A stretch of 58,711 nt of DNA, taken from IMG/VR virus record IMGVR_UViG_2925891887_000002. One strand, 5' to 3'. The position numbers and the translations under genes were made by a program. Positions within the stretch are counted from its first letter, which is position 1; each line of letters begins with the position of its first letter. The notes below the pieces were generated by a model. The model did no database searches. It saw only the letters and a program-made list of their open reading frames with translations, and was not told where the DNA came from. Below are positions 57,428 to 58,711 of the stretch, piece after piece. Source of the stretch: a virus (Duplodnaviria; Heunggongvirae; Uroviricota; Caudoviricetes).

Positions 57428-58711
57428 GTGAACACATTTTCAGTTTCCCGTCTGGCGCTGGCATTGGCTTTTGGCGTGACGCTGACCGCCTGTAGCTCAA
57501 CCCCGCCCGATCAACGTCCTTCTGATCAAACCGCGCCTGGTACCTCTTCTCGCCCGATTCTGTCGGCAAAAGAAGCGCAGAATTTCGATGCTCAACACTA
57601 TTTTGCATCCCTGACACCAGGTGCAGCAGCGTGGAATCCTTCCCCGATTACCCTGCCTGCGCAACCTGACTTTGTTGTCGGCCCGGCGGGCACTCAAGGT
57701 GTAACGCATACCACGATTCAGGCGGCGGTAGATGCGGCAATTATCAAGCGTACCAACAAGCGCCAGTATATTGCCGTGATGCCTGGTGAGTATCAGGGAA
57801 CGGTATATGTCCCTGCCGCTCCGGGTGGAATTACTCTGTACGGTACAGGTGAAAAACCGATTGATGTGAAGATTGGGCTTTCCCTTGATGGTGGCATGAG
57901 CCCTGCCGACTGGCGTCACGACGTCAACCCGCGCGGCAAATATATGCCAGGTAAACCAGCGTGGTATATGTACGATAGCTGCCAGAGCAAACGCAGCGAC
58001 AGTATCGGTGTTCTCTGCTCTGCGGTCTTCTGGTCACAAAACAATGGCCTGCAACTGCAAAATCTGACCATCGAAAACACGCTGGGCGATAGCGTAGATG
58101 CAGGTAACCATCCGGCGGTGGCACTGCGTACTGATGGTGACCAGGTACAGATTAACAACGTTAACATTCTCGGTCGTCAGAACACCTTCTTTGTCACCAA
58201 CAGCGGTGTGCAGAACCGTCTGGAAACGAATCGTCAGCCGCGTACGCTGGTGACCAACAGCTACATTGAAGGGGATGTGGATATCGTTTCTGGTCGCGGC
58301 GCAGTGGTGTTCGATAACACCGAATTCCGCGTGGTGAACTCACGTACTCAGCAAGAAGCGTATGTGTTTGCACCGGCTACGCTGTCCAACATTTACTACG
58401 GTTTCCTCGCCGTAAACAGCCGTTTCAATGCTTTCGGTGATGGTGTGGCGCAACTGGGCCGCTCGCTGGATGTTGATGCCAATACCAACGGTCAGGTGGT
58501 GATCCGTGATAGCGCCATCAACGAAGGTTTTAACACGGCTAAACCGTGGGCCGATGCGGTGATCTCTAATCGTCCGTTTGCGGGTAATACCGGCAGCGTA
58601 GATGATAACGACGAAATACAGCGCAATCTGAATGACACTAACTACAACCGCATGTGGGAATACAATAACCGCGGCGTGGGTAGTAAAGTGGTTGCAGAGG
58701 CGAAGAAGTAA
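57428..58711 (+). CDS. ybhC: Host outer-membrane lipoprotein YbhC (pectinesterase-like)
   Basis: 427 aa with lipoprotein signal peptide; this gene flanks att-lambda in E. coli. Confidence 0.9.
   Translation: MNTFSVSRLALALAFGVTLTACSSTPPDQRPSDQTAPGTSSRPILSAKEAQNFDAQHYFASLTPGAAAWNPSPITLPAQPDFVVGPAGTQGVTHTTIQAAVDAAIIKRTNKRQYIAVMPGEYQGTVYVPAAPGGITLYGTGEKPIDVKIGLSLDGGMSPADWRHDVNPRGKYMPGKPAWYMYDSCQSKRSDSIGVLCSAVFWSQNNGLQLQNLTIENTLGDSVDAGNHPAVALRTDGDQVQINNVNILGRQNTFFVTNSGVQNRLETNRQPRTLVTNSYIEGDVDIVSGRGAVVFDNTEFRVVNSRTQQEAYVFAPATLSNIYYGFLAVNSRFNAFGDGVAQLGRSLDVDANTNGQVVIRDSAINEGFNTAKPWADAVISNRPFAGNTGSVDDNDEIQRNLNDTNYNRMWEYNNRGVGSKVVAEAKK

Overview
The window is about 57.4 kb of a lambda-like prophage lying in reverse orientation, followed by the host gene ybhC (the att-lambda neighbour). 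All calls rest on reading the six-frame translations and the DNA by eye; identities are matches to lambda, phage 21, DLP12 and IS proteins as I recall them, and no database search was run. From left to right the prophage carries the tail genes (tfa, stf, lom, J, I, K, L, M, H, G/T, V, U, Z), the head genes (FII, FI, E, D, C/Nu3, B), terminase (W, A, Nu1) and cos. It continues with a phage-21-type lysis cassette, accessory genes, Q, the nin region, O/P with ori-lambda, cII, cro, OR, cI, PL/OL, N, the recombination genes, xis, int and attL. Three insertions interrupt it. The most striking is a roughly 10.4-kb integrase-bearing, PICI-like phage satellite inserted inside portal gene B. It carries its own lambda-type cos, a Nu1-like small terminase homologue, homologues of major capsid protein E and decoration protein D, an SSB, a replication ATPase with an adjacent iteron origin, and a regulatory switch, but no portal, protease, large terminase or tail genes. 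A 1279-bp IS621-like (IS110-family) element splits the helper's capsid gene E. An IS1 with a 9-bp target duplication truncates the second gene of a two-gene cassette that sits where rexAB sits in lambda. Other candidate accessory loci are noted below.
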